DNA from: Octopus sinensis
Taxonomy: Eukaryota
Assembly (NCBI RefSeq): GCF_006345805.1
Contig: NC_043011.1
Location: forward strand, 50,976,464-51,040,463
DNA: 64,000 bases
Reading direction: 5' to 3'
Positions 26,483 to 39,542 of this stretch are shown one piece after another; positions within the stretch are counted from its first letter, which is position 1, and each line of letters begins with the position of its first letter. Under the pieces are notes generated by a model. The model was given only the letters and a program-made list of their open reading frames with translations. It ran no database searches and was not told the DNA's origin. Made by a program: the position numbers and the translations under genes.

Positions 26483-27108
26483 ATATATATATGTATGTAA
26501 ATCTTTTTAGGAATGGTGAATCTTGAAGCAGATAAAGCTATAAATAACAGCATGTAAATATTAATTAAAAATCCTTTTGGCTGAAAAAAGCCAAAGGCTG
26601 CTCATGATACTTGAACCCATATCTCCTGTAAACAGGTTTACTTTTTCTATCCAAAGGGTATTTTAACCCAATATTTACAGCTTTGTTTGCTTCAAGATTC
26701 ACTCTCCCAAAGAAAATTTATTTGCTGCTCTTAAAGTTTCTAAATTCTCATATCATCAAAAGCAACATACATAGACCATACGCACGCACGCACACACACA
26801 CACACCTTTCTATTGTTTTCCTTTTTTAAATTGCAGTTATCTATTGGCTGCAACTCCTGACAGACTTGTCACTGTCGTTTTGGTGATGGAGCAGGGTCTA
26901 AACTTAGAATCTTAGAGGATTTTAAGAATTCTATGCATCCACTGCCCTGGACTGGTACTTTTCTATTGATCCCGAGAGAATGAAATTCATAGCATGACCT
27001 TGTTGGGATTTGAAATTGGAGTGTAGAAAATCAAAACAAATACTGTAAGGCATTCTATCCAACACTTCTATTTTTTCATGCTGGCGAAGATAGAAAGGCC
27101 CAAATCCA

Positions 27109-27693
27109 ATTTCTTTATTGCCCACAAGGGGCTAAACAAGAACAGACAAAGGGATTAAGTCGATTACATCGACCCCAGTGCGTAACTGGTACTTAATTTA
27201 TCGACCCCGAAAGGATGAAAGGCAAAGTCGACCTCGGCAGAATTTGAACTCAGAATGTAGCGGTAAACGAAATACCTATTTCTTTATTACCCACAAGGGG
27301 CTAAACATAGAGGGGACAAACAAGGACAGACATAGGTATTAAGTCGATTACATCGACCCCAGTGCGTAACTTGTACTTAATTTATCGACCCCAAAAGGAT
27401 GAAAGGCAAAGTCGACCTCGACGGAATTTGAACTCAGAATGTAGCAGTAAACGAAATACCTATTTCTTTATTACCCACAAGGGGCTAAACATAGAGGGGA
27501 CAAACAAGGATAGACGAACGGATTAAGTCGATTACATCGACCCCAGTGCGTAACTTGTACTTAATTTATTGACCCCGAAAGGATGAAAGGCAAAGTTGAC
27601 CTTGGCGGAATTTGAACTCAGAACGTAACAGCAGACGAAATACCGCTAAGCATTTCGCCCAGCACACTAACGTTTCTGCCAGCTTGCTACCTT
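27109..27693 (-). mobile_element. Head-to-tail trimer of family B SINE (one full copy plus two 5-prime-truncated units)
   Basis: Units 27461-27693, 27277-27460 and 27109-27276; junctions read GAAATA|GGTATTTCGT on the minus strand. Confidence 0.88.
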
Positions 27694-27719
27694 TTACGCA
27701 AATATATATAGAAAGGCCC

Positions 27720-29650
27720 AGTTCCATCGTATATGTTCTCATCTGGACCCCTTGTTATCTCATTCACAATGTTTAGCATCAACATCATCATCAGGCTCCT
27801 TTCATCTTTGGTAGTTTGATTTTTCTTCATCTACCTTTCATCATTCATGTGTATCCCATGTCCCTATTAGTGCAGTCTTGTCTCTTGTACACAATGGATG
27901 ATTTCTGGAATGTCTATTTTCTCTCTTTGTTCACTCATGCTCCACTGTTCCATGCAATCTTTTATTCTTTCACTTGTTTCAGTCATTTGACTGTGGCCAT
28001 GCCCCAGGACTTATCCTTTCTAAACCTAGTACTAATTCTCTCATTTTCTTGTTGCTGAACCACTAAGTTACAGGGATGTAAACACACCAACATTGGTTGT
28101 CAGACAATGGTGGTGGGACAAACACAGATACATACACACACAAATACATACTTTTTTTTTTTTCTCTAGTTTCAGCTCAGAGCTGTGGCCATGCTGATGC
28201 ACTGCCGTAAATTTGTTTAATCGTCCTTGGGTTGGCTTGAACCACCAACCGTTCGGTTAACATCTGAACATGCTAACCGATTGCGCCACAGAGACTCCTC
28301 GCATATATGAGATGGGTTTCTTTCAGTTTCCATGTACCAAATCTGAGGATATAGTAAAGAATACTTGTCTGAGGTGCCACACAGTGGGACTGAACTGGGA
28401 ACCATTTGTTTGGGAAGCAAGCTTCTTACCACACAGCCATGCATGCTGACATTACATTAACAGTGTATATATATATTTGCCTAATTTCTTTCCTACATTC
28501 ACTCATTCTTCACATTCAGTGTTTATATTTCACTACCATGCAACCATCTCACTCTGTAATCAAGCATTATATGGTCTGCCCCTTAACATGAAGAGAGAAA
28601 AACTTCACTCACAAAGTGAAACAACAGTTCACTAAATGCTTTCTACCCTGTCCTAATTCTAGTTACTATGTCATAGCACCTACTTTTAAACTGCTAATTA
28701 GGTCATATAGGTAACAGGTGTCATCTATCAGAGCCTCCTGGGCAGTCGAAAGATTGTGTTCCATGAGTGCTCTTAAAACTAAGTACTCCTGCTCTCATCT
28801 GCTACATATGTAGTAGTCCTTCTTTTCAGGTTGTCTGTCTGAAATTTAATAGTACTTCTGCCCCTTTAACACATTGCATGCACAATATAGAGTTCCTAAT
28901 CAGTTGTTGTTTTGTTTACAAGCTGAGCATAGAGTTCTATAATTACTCTTACTAAAATTTTTGACTTCATTAGATTGATTTTTTTACCTCCTCAATCCTG
29001 GGACTTTTTCTCTAATTCATTGAGTGATATGGTTATGAGAAGTAGTTCAGCAATATGTAGGAGCGCCCACTGACAATAGGCCTTAAATTCTGATAAACCA
29101 TAATAAACAAAAATGGGAGAAGTTTGAGAACTGAGGTCTCATAGACACCTATCTGCATGATAAATTTTTTTAATGAACTATTTTGTTAACTTTCTTTTTG
29201 CTGATCAGTATTTCTGTTGATAGCTTGCATGACTCTCACAAACCATTCATCTACTCCCAGATTACAGATTAGCCCACCAACAGTTTTCTCCAGGTTAACA
29301 GATATTAATTTTTGGATGAGAATTTCTTCTTTATCTGTCTCATGAAAAATAAGGCACTAGTAGATCCTTGCATCTCAAGCTAATTCATCAGTTTGATAGC
29401 CCATGTAATGAAAGTAATGGACAAAGTTATATTGTAGTTAAGCTACACTATAACTGTCCCATAAGTTTCATACACTTCCTTTGCAATGTCGCTATGTTTG
29501 CCAGTCATTGGAGATAACACAACCTTGCACTATTTGTTTGACTATGCAAGTGACCAGCATGTACCTTACTTCACTAGATATTTTCAATATTCCAGTGATT
29601 ACCCTTGATAATCTTGCTGCTTTCCCAGTTTGGAGTATATAACTTTTACT
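27720..29650 (-). mobile_element. Highly decayed RTE-clade LINE (RT and C-terminal region), interrupted by SINE debris at 27960-28445
   Basis: Colinear minus-strand remnants: QGSTSALFFMRQIKKK, VNLEKT..LGVDEWFVRVMQA, LLHIAELLLITISLNELEKK (YADD region), TCYLYDLISS, VTRIRTG*KAFSELL..FSLHVKG, HGSE, REKIDIPEIIHCVQETRL..GH. Confidence 0.75.
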
Positions 29651-30058
29651 AAAAGAAAGCAATTATTTAAAGTCTACACAGTCTCAAAAATTCTTATAAA
29701 TTCCCATTTTAATGTTTTTATCAAAATGTGGTTTTCAAAATTCTTTTATAACTGAAGATTTCATCTCCACAATTCATTCACAAAAACTAACCTTTATTCA
29801 CTGCAAGATGGTGTTTTTTTGCACCACTATCCATGATAGGGAATCAAAATGGAGTGCTGTCAGAGTGAAATGAAAATATACAGACACATTTGGGTTTAGA
29901 CATGGGACATAAAAGTTAACAATACACATAATTAGGGTTTTTATTTATTTGTTTGAAGCTGATGATTTAGTGTGTGACTAACACAAATTTCTTTGCTTGT
30001 GAGCAAGTCATTTGTTCCTGGGACAAAGAACTGAAGAATGCCTGCATCAAATTTGAAC

Positions 30059-30100
<42 letters not shown>

Positions 30101-31083
30101 TCAAACCTTTGGTTTAATGTATGTTGTTTTTCCATGCAAGTATGGAATATATTTAATGAATAAATTAATGAGGCATTGTTTTACAGCCAGATGCCCATCA
30201 TTATTTGTTTTTGAAGTAAGGGTTCCGTTATTTAATATTTTTTGAACATGTAAAGTCAGTGGATAACTTGTTCATAAGTGACAACTTTTCTTATACTTCG
30301 GGTCTTTTGTAACCTACAAATGTAAACACACAAATATACATATATAGCTGCACATATCCTTATAATGCACAAGCATGGTGGGAAGGTTAAAAATTTTTAT
30401 TCCTAAACACATGACTTCAAGTTCAGTCTCACTGCATGGCATCACGAGCAAGTGTCTTCTTCTATAGCCCTGGGTTGACCAAAGCCTTATGAGAGGACTC
30501 AGTACACAGAATCTAAAAGAAGGCCATTGTATATGTCTGCTTGTGTTTCCTTGTTTTGAGATTGTGCAAGCAGTGTCCTTTGTTTCCAGTCTTCCAAGAA
30601 AACATGTCCGGCCATGGAGAAATATAAGTTTGCTTGGAAACGAGTGAGGATTGGTGAGAGGAAGGGCATTTGTCCATAAAAAATGTTTGAATAAATTTTG
30701 TCTTACCTGTACTAGCACAGAAAAGTGGCATTAAAATGACAATACACACACACCATATATAATTAACTAAGTGAGTGAAATTTGATGCTGAAAGAAGATC
30801 TATATGTAACAAATAATCATTTGTCATACAGCATGTCTCAGAAGGAAGTATAGTTGAAGTATAGTTGATCTATCATATTTTAGAGTACTCTAATACATAT
30901 TTTATCAACCCCAGAAGAAAGGATGGACAGAGCAAATGTGATCTGTATAGTATTTGAAATTACTGAGAGAGAGAGCTGTGGAAGTAAATATTGTATAAGA
31001 CATGTTTAATACTTTAGTATTCAGATCACTCTGTCAAATGTAATGCTTTTCATTCACATTGGTTTTAATTAATCATGCATTAC

Positions 31084-31480
31084 AGGCGCAGGCAAGGCTG
31101 TGTGGTAAGTAGCTTGTTTACCAACCACATGGTTCCGGGTTCAGTCCCACTGCGTGGCACCTTGGGCAAGTGTCTTCTACTATAGCCTCGGGCCGACCAA
31201 AGCCTTGTGAGTGGATTTGGTAGACGGAAACTGAAAGAAGCCCGTCGTATATATGTATATATATATGTGTGCGTGTATGTTTGTGTTTGTCCCCCTAGCA
31301 TTGCTTGACAACTGATGCTGGTGTGTTTATGTCCCCGTCACTTAGCGGTTCGGCAAAAGAGACCGATAGAATAAGTACTGGGCTTACAAAGAATAAGTCC
31401 CGGGATCGAGTTGCTCGATTAAAGGCGGTGCTCCAGCATGGCCGCAGTCAAATGACTGAAACAAGTAAAAGAGTAAAGAG
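31084..31480 (+). mobile_element. Young family A SINE
   Basis: Near-consensus full copy. Confidence 0.9.
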
Positions 31481-31867
31481 TATTACTCTGTAGCTTGGAA
31501 ATTATGATGATGTAGTTGTATATTTTATAATAGCACCAAAGGGCTGATGTGATAAGCTGGATCTGACAGGCTATGATGGCTGGTTTAAATGCTACAGCAT
31601 TAAGTCCCATGATGTGCTAGTGTTTGTTTAGATGCCGTATTTGCTGTTTCGTATAAAACACAAAAGAAAACAATATAAAAACAAAATAAGAAATGCATAT
31701 GTGTGTAAAGTCAAGAAGCTTGCTTTTGCAACCATGTGGTTTCACGTTTAGTCCCACTACACGACACCTGGGACAAGTATCTTCCACTATGGCTGCAGGC
31801 TGATCAATGTCTTATGAATGAATTTGGTAGATAGAGACTGTGTGAAATGTTATCGTGTATGTATGTA

Positions 31868-31898
<31 letters not shown>

Positions 31899-31899
31899 T

Positions 31900-32290
31900 C
31901 TTTTCTTTTCTTCTACTTGTTTCAGTCATTTGACTGCGGCCATGCTGGAGCACCACCTTTAGTCGAGCAAATCGACCCCGGGACTTATTCTCTGTAAGCC
32001 CAGTACTTATTCTATCGGTCTCTTTTGCCGAACCGCTAAGTGACGGGGAAGTAAACACACCAGCATCGGTTGTCAAGCAATGCTAGGGGGACAAACACAG
32101 ACATACACACACACACATATATATATATACGACAGGCTTCTTTCAGTTTCCGTCTACCAAATCCACTCACAAGGCATTGGTCGGCCTGGGGCTATAGCAG
32201 AAGACACTTGCCCAAGATGCCACCCAGTGGGACTGAACCCGGAACCATGTGGTTGGTTAGCAAGCTACTTACCACACAGCCACTCCTGCG

Positions 32291-32292
<2 letters not shown>
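31900..32292 (-). mobile_element. Young family A SINE
   Basis: Near-consensus full copy, followed by a ~90-bp (TA)n tract (32293-32381). Confidence 0.9.
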
Positions 32293-32385
<93 letters not shown>

Positions 32386-32479
32386 GGAAGCTTTATGAAA
32401 ATAAACAAAAGACGAAGGCAGGTGGAGTACAAACAAACAATTGTAATAGTATGGCGCTCAGGAATATAAATAAAACAAG

Positions 32480-32517
32480 TCTTTTACGTTTCGAGCCTAC
32501 GCTCTTCAACAGAAAGA
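32480..32517 (-). ncRNA. Minimal type-I hammerhead ribozyme-like motif (A6U core variant) in a short PLE-type element (~32385-32545)
   Basis: Minus: UCUUU-CUGUUGA-A-GAGC(GUAG)GCUC-GAAA-CGU-A-AAAGA. 5-bp stem I, 4-bp stem II, palindromic ACGU stem III, GUA triplet. Confidence 0.6.
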
Positions 32518-33732
32518 TACACAGAAAAGAAACACGGAGAGAATATATATATATATACATATCGCGGAGTGGTTGGCGTTAGGAAGGGCATCCAGCTGTA
32601 GAAACACTGCCAGATCAGACTGGAGCCTGGTGCAGCCTCCCGGCTTCCCAGACCCCGGTCGAACCGTCCGACCCGTGCTAGCACGGAAAACGGACGTTAA
32701 ATGATGATGATGATGATGATGATATATCACCACCATCATCATCAACGTTTTTTTCCATGCTGGCAAGGGTTGAGTGGTTTCACCGGAGCTGTACCAGGCA
32801 TGGCATAGTTTCCATGCCTGGAGCCCTTGTTAGCGCCAACATACCACAAAGTGCTTTTTATGTGGCACCAGCACTGGTATCAATTCTGCTGTGATGGATG
32901 GCTCTTCTTGAGTACAGCAAGGCACCAGATATCTCGGTCCTTTGTTACCCCCTTCGTAGGGCTCCATGGCATGTCTTCCAGGGTCTCCCTCTTCCACAAG
33001 TTCCATTCACTTTAAGTGATTGGCACACATACACACGTGTGTGTGTGTGTGTGGTGGTCCACCCCACCACTTGGTAACCAGTATTGGTTAGTGTGCCTAC
33101 CTGCAGGTTAGCAGTTTGGTAAAAGAGGCTACCAAGATAAGTGCTAGACTTGAAAAAGAAGATTCTGGGGTCAATTTGTTCAACTAAACCTTCCATGGCA
33201 GTACTCCAACATGCCTGGTAGTCCAATGACTAACACAAGTTATGTATGTGTTGCTATACATATACACACACACACACGCACACACATATATATATATATA
33301 TATATAAAATATAAATAATATATAAATATATGCATATATACATACCTATATGTACATGTATATATACATGCATATATGAGTACAGGACATCAAAAAAATG
33401 TAGACAAAATTTTATATACACATATATTTTATATCTATACCTATCTACTTCTCTCTGTAAATATGCGATCATGCTCTCTCAATGAATGTAGTATTTATTT
33501 ATATTTAATAAAATTCAGCTGCAGGTAGATAAGTAATGGGGTTTTTATTCTAGTCTTCCTAAGGTACAAATAAAAAAGCAAAACATTTACACACATCTCT
33601 TTGTTTAAACACTGAAACGAAAAACATGGACGTAAAGAGAAAAGAAGCTGGTCGACGGTTTTAAAGGGGAAAAAAACGTCGATTTAATATAAATAAAATT
33701 AAATAAACAGAAATCGTCTGCTAAGAAGGATT

Positions 33733-33880
33733 AAATATGGCGCGACCGCCAGAGCAGAAGTTGAAGGTGAAGGACAAAAAAGGAGCACGGGAAGGAAATG
33801 GAAGAGAGAAAAAAAGAGAGAGACAATTGAAAGTTGAGGCGGCTTCTACCTTCGCTTCGACTAATAATAAACAAAACTGT
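33733..33880 (-). promoter_or_regulatory. Candidate promoter or 5-prime UTR at the edge of a CpG-retaining domain
   Basis: CpG-rich; minus-strand pyrimidine-rich leader; YY1-type CGCCATATTT (minus) at 33733-33742. Motif evidence only. Confidence 0.25.
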
Positions 33881-33929
33881 ATTTACTACAACTACTACTG
33901 CACTATTCATTATTTTCATAAAGGCGTCG

Positions 33930-34200
33930 AAGAAGTAGAATCCTTAGCACGCCGGGCGAAGTGCTTAGCAGCATTTCGTTTGTCGTTACGTTCTGAGTTC
34001 AAATTCAGCCGAGGTCGACTTTGCCCTTCATCCTTTCGAAATCGATAAAATAAGTACCTATTTCTTTATTACCCACGAGGGGCTAAACACAGAGGGGACA
34101 AACAAGGACAGACATAGGTATTAAGTCGATTACATCGACCCCAGAAGTACCACTTGAGCACGGGGGTCGATGTAATCGACTTAGCTCCTCTCCCGAAATT
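33930..34200. mobile_element. Family B SINE (+) containing an antisense 5-prime-truncated family B insert (34059-34144)
   Basis: Insert flanked by aagtacc at 34052-34058 and 34145-34151. Confidence 0.8.
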
Positions 34201-36697
34201 GCACACCTTGTACCAAAATTTGAAACTTTATCATTATTATTATTATTATTACGAGCCATTGTACATTCCGAGTTCAAATCCCGCCGAAGTCCAACTTTGC
34301 CTTTCATCCATCCGGGGTCAGTATAATAAAGTACGAATCAAGCTCTGAGGTCGAAGGTCAATGTAATCGACTAAACCCACCCATATACTTAAAACTGGCG
34401 GCCCTGTAACCTGAATCAGAAATTAGAAAGCATTTTTACCATGAGCCATCAAAGGAGCCGCTCGAGGTCGTAGAAATAGTAGCAAAATCCCTTCAAATAA
34501 TTACAGTAATATATAATATATATATATATATATATGGTCGTGGATAGAGTGTCTTATCATAGGTCAAATCTGTTTTTTTTTTTAAAGCAACGATCGCAAC
34601 TACCATTCAATGACTTGTGCTGTATTATTTATTAGTCATGTATACAAATAATATATTTTATCGATCTCTCCACCTGTCTGTGTATCAATTTATTTGTCTG
34701 TTTAAAATCGTCGGCCGGTCTCTCTCTCTGTCTCTATAACCATTCATCTGCATAGACTAATCTATATTAGTTGGTCTATCTATCTATCCACACACACATA
34801 TCAACTCCACTAATTTATAAATGTATATTTCAACACCATTTTACCTATTATAAACTACTTCTAGTCACGCCGCTAATAGTAAAAGTAGAAGGAGGGAGAG
34901 AGAGGACAACAGAATTAACCCCCCCACACACAACACACACGCACCATCATATCATGATCGTCATCTTTAACACCAACCGTTGGTCCACGACTATGTGTAA
35001 CAAATATAAATTTACCATGTAATTTTTAGAGCTTTTGATGTTGATACACGGCGGGAGAAGAAAGACATCGCGTGGAAATAAATTATGAAAGATCTTAAAA
35101 AAGAAAAGAGAGAGAGAGGGAGAGAGAGAGAAGGAGGGGGGCGAAAGTGAAAGTAGGAAATAAAAACCCCTTAAAAACTCGGCTTATTTGCAAACACACA
35201 TATATACATACACGCATCTACATATACAAACATGCATAATCACAGTATTGAGAATATTTGCACGAGGGTGTAATTTTTTTGTTCAACACTGATCGAGTGT
35301 GACCACCTCATCGTTTTTTACGTATCAGGGAGTGCATCAATCTTTAACGGCCATTTAGCTGCTATTTCTAATACCCCGTCGTTCTGTATCTACCATGGAC
35401 TGTATATTAATCGAATGCGCTTTGAAGGAGATTTGGCCCCAATCTCTAATACTCCGTCGTTTTGTATCTACCAGGGACTATATACTAATCCAAAGCAGTT
35501 TAAAGATGTTGCTACTGTTTCTAGCATGTCTATCGACCATACAGAGGTTCCTTCATCAGAATACAGCACGTAGTGAGGTATGTATTATTAACACGACACA
35601 AAGTGGCTAGTACTTCTGATCTAATTAAGATTTAATTAATCAAGTCTATACCTGTATGAAGGTGAACAGGGTTAAGCAATAAGCTCAGTATGTGCTCTTT
35701 CCTGTCTTTAAAACGGTATAAAAGTGTTGTTTTGGTGGAGATCAGGCTGCCTGCCATGTCTTGTAGAAAGAAGAGGAACGAACCTTCGTTGGCTTGATGG
35801 AGGGGGGGGGGAAGAAGAAACTGAATGAATTAGGAAGAAACCCTTATGCACGTTGTGTAACAAACATCATTAACGGAGTGGAAATTTTGTTAAATACACA
35901 GTAAAATCTACAACTTCATTGGATGTCTTGAAAAACTTTAGAATGAGGACTTTCATTAAAAGTTGTTTTTTTTTTGTCATCCAACGTTATATATATATAT
36001 ATATTATATATATATATATATGTATGTATGTATGTATGTATGGCATATACAGTCATTATCCATCACATATATATTCATCTTGTGTGTACTAGTGTGAGTA
36101 GTGATGATGAATACTTCAAGGTGGTGGGTAAGTTTCGTTTTTCATTGTTGGCTACGTATGAGTTTAAATGATTCAAAATGGCAATATCTGTGTTGTTCTG
36201 TGTTTGTGGTAACTAAGATATATCCATAACAATCACCACTCACGCAACCACGGCATGAAACACATGCAATGTCTGTCTTTCCCCGTGTCAATTCGCGTGT
36301 GTGTGTATGAATGCTAATTAGAATACAAAGACAAGCAGCAGAATCAGACGAAACGGATAGGCAAGACAAACAAACAAACCCCCACCAAAAAAAGCACAAC
36401 GATAAATAAATACACAGGTTTATCTTCTAATATATTTCACACTCACATTTATAGGATGCTTCAGGTGAATATATGATAGGGTGAGGACAGACAAGACACA
36501 TGACATTGATGGATGGACAAAGAAATAGACACGCAGAGAGTGACCGTTGTATGTAAACACATCATTTGTCGACATGACTCCTCCGTGAATAATAAACATT
36601 CTGCAATTTATTGACAGCTTTATGTACGTTTGGATGGATAAACGTGGGAAAAATGCATTCAATAAACGTAGTGTAGAGTATAGTTATTCGTTCGAAG

Positions 36698-36864
36698 CTG
36701 GAGTGGCTGTGTGGTAAGTAGCTTGCTAACCAACCACATGGTTCCGGGTTCAGTCCCACTGCGTGGCATCTTGGGCAAGTGTCTTCTGCTATAGCCCCGG
36801 GCCGACCAATGCCTTGTGAGTGGATTTGGTAGACGGAAACTGAAAGAAGCCCGTCGTATATATG

Positions 36865-36897
<33 letters not shown>

Positions 36898-37098
36898 CTG
36901 TGTCTGTGTTTGTCCCCCTAGCATTGCTTGACAACCGATGCTGGTGTGTTTACGTCCCCGTCACTTAGCGGTTCGGCAAAAGAGACCGATAGAATAAGTA
37001 CTGGGCTTACAAAGAATAAGTCCCGGGGTTGATTTGCTCGACTAAAATGGCGGTGCTCCAGCATGGCTACAGTCAAATGACTGAAACGAGTAAAAGAG
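36698..37098 (+). mobile_element. Young family A SINE
   Basis: Near-consensus full copy. Confidence 0.9.
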
Positions 37099-38438
37099 AT
37101 TCATTGTGATCGCGGCGGACAAAATGCTTAGTGGTTTTTCTTCCAGGTCTAAACGATCAAAGTTCAAATTCCGTGGATGTCGACCTTTATACCCTTCATC
37201 TTCCCGGGGGTCGATAAAATAAGTAAGTGCCAGTTGAACACCGTGACTAATGTAACCGATTAAGCTCTCCCCTCCCTGTAAAATAATTAATATAAATAGA
37301 ATAAAGAAAATGTTGGCCATGCGCCAAAATTTGAAACCGTTATTATCATTATTTTGTTTGCTATGTGCAATCCTGCAAATGACATAAAATGGTAGAGCTT
37401 ACTATGTTGAGGTCATGCACACGGGTAATTAATGATATGCACGATTCATTAGTGAGTGAAGTGGTTCCAGACGAGAATCGAAACCGCTGATTGCATGTGC
37501 ACGCCATCTTACCGCCATTAGCAAATAATAATAATAATAATAGCAAAACGAGAGATGAAGATAATAGAGTTGATAGGTTACACATGCACACAGACCAAAG
37601 CCCGAGAAATTTATGAGTTGTTTGTGTCCATTAACATTCTGTAATCCATAAACCAACGAGACGGCTGCTTACCCGGTCGCTCAATTAGATAAAAGAAATA
37701 GCAGCCAAAATCTCCCCTCAATTAACACACCCTGCCGGCTTTTAAAACGATGACACGGAAGAAGTACTCTTATAGGATCTTTACTGAAAAGATCCATCTT
37801 GGATCTATCCCTCTTATATACACCGTATTTGACTAAAAAGAAGAAAAAAAAAGACGAGATGGTCACATTTGAAAAGCCTTTTTCATCAGAGAATGATTTA
37901 GGCTTTTAAACATCGTACCTAGCAGTCTTAAAACTAGTTGGTCTTTGATATAAAATTAACGCAGTCAGAAATTTGAAGAGCTATATAAATAAATATTGAT
38001 CGGTATATAAACCACACACATACGTACATGTGCGCGCGTGTAAACATTAAAAAAACCGATAGAGGTAAAAGCTTTTCGGCGTCATTATATATACACAAAC
38101 TTCTTGGATTGCTGATAAGAGCATGAAAACTAAAGCATGTGTCTAAATGAAAACACCGTACACATTAATTCACACACGTATGTATCGTACACTTAGTTGC
38201 TTAACTCACTAGAATCAAATTCAGCCCAACTATGGCAATCTCCTCTGTTTAGGGTTATGTCTAATGCGTCCTCTTCCCAGTAGGATGAGATTTGGCTGCT
38301 ATTTCTAGACGATCGAGCGACCATATCGAGGCTTCCTTATTTGGCTCGTGAACTTTATTTCAACCATATGTGGCCTCGGCTTCGAATGTACGCACACGTG
38401 TGTGTGTGCATGTATTTCTTTTGTACCTCGAAATAAAC

Positions 38439-38465
<27 letters not shown>

Positions 38466-38469
<4 letters not shown>

Positions 38470-38691
38470 CAATATGTTACATTACTCGGTAGTCAAGATA
38501 AAACTGAGTTTCAGATGCCGAAGTGGAAATCCACAACACCATCTCTTCGGTTATCTGACTATTTGAAAACGTTATTTTTTCATAACGTTTTCAAATAGCC
38601 AGATAACCGAAGAGATGGTGTTGTGGATTTCCACTTCGGCATCTGAAACTCAGTTTTATCTTGACTACCGAGTAATGTAACATATTGTATA
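38466..38691. repeat. Near-perfect 226-bp palindrome (110-bp arms, 6-nt spacer, one mismatch)
   Basis: 38466-38575 is the reverse complement of 38582-38691 except atctgacta versus atctggcta. Confidence 0.95.
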
Positions 38692-39511
38692 GATAAATTT
38701 CCTCTATTTACATAATATTGAGGTCTCTTTCTTTCTTTTGTTATCTTACCGTTTTATCAATATATATATATGTATATATATATTCCTTGCTGTTAGGAGA
38801 TCGATCAGCACCGAGATGGTTCCGCTAGGATAATAACATCGGTTTTCCTTTTGGAAAATTGCCAGACCCCTTGCTCAAACCATCGCTAGTTGTAGAGAAA
38901 GGGCCAATGTGAACGTCCCCCACCACCAATGAATTCCAATTCAGAGAGAGAGAGAGAACCGATGCAAGTAGGTCCTTTATCGGCTGGGAAGGATGAAAGG
39001 CAAAGTCGACCTCGGCGGGTTTTGAACTGAGGGAGCGGTAATAACAAAGTATTCCTGACGAACTTCTAATGATTCTCTCGCACCTCATGTGTGTGAGGCG
39101 GATAAGTTATGAATACCTAATTACAAGAACAGCAAACAATTGTGCCTCTACATGATCACTCAACTGCTAGAAATAGTAGCTTAAATTTCCCTAATTTTGC
39201 ACTCTATATCTTAATATATTAGCATATCTTGGAAACAAGATATGCGATGATGAAAAAAAAAGGCAGCAGGATGGTCTTATTTGGAACGCTTCTGATCACA
39301 GCTCCTCACCCATAATCAATGACGACTTGAAGAATATAGATCGTTAATGCATATAAAATAATGGAGAGAGAAATCAAGCTAGGACTGAAACAAAAGACTG
39401 AGGTAAAAAGATACAAACAAGCCTCGGTTACTCATTCGAATACCGCACAGCCAGTGTCAAGACAGTTTGATTTAAACGTGTGTTCGTGGCATTATATATT
39501 CGTGTGTGTAT

Positions 39512-39542
<31 letters not shown>

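Noticed and set aside
27109-27693. CRISPR-like or other repeat-spacer array
   Set aside because: The units are SINE copies without unique spacers, in a eukaryotic context with no cas genes.
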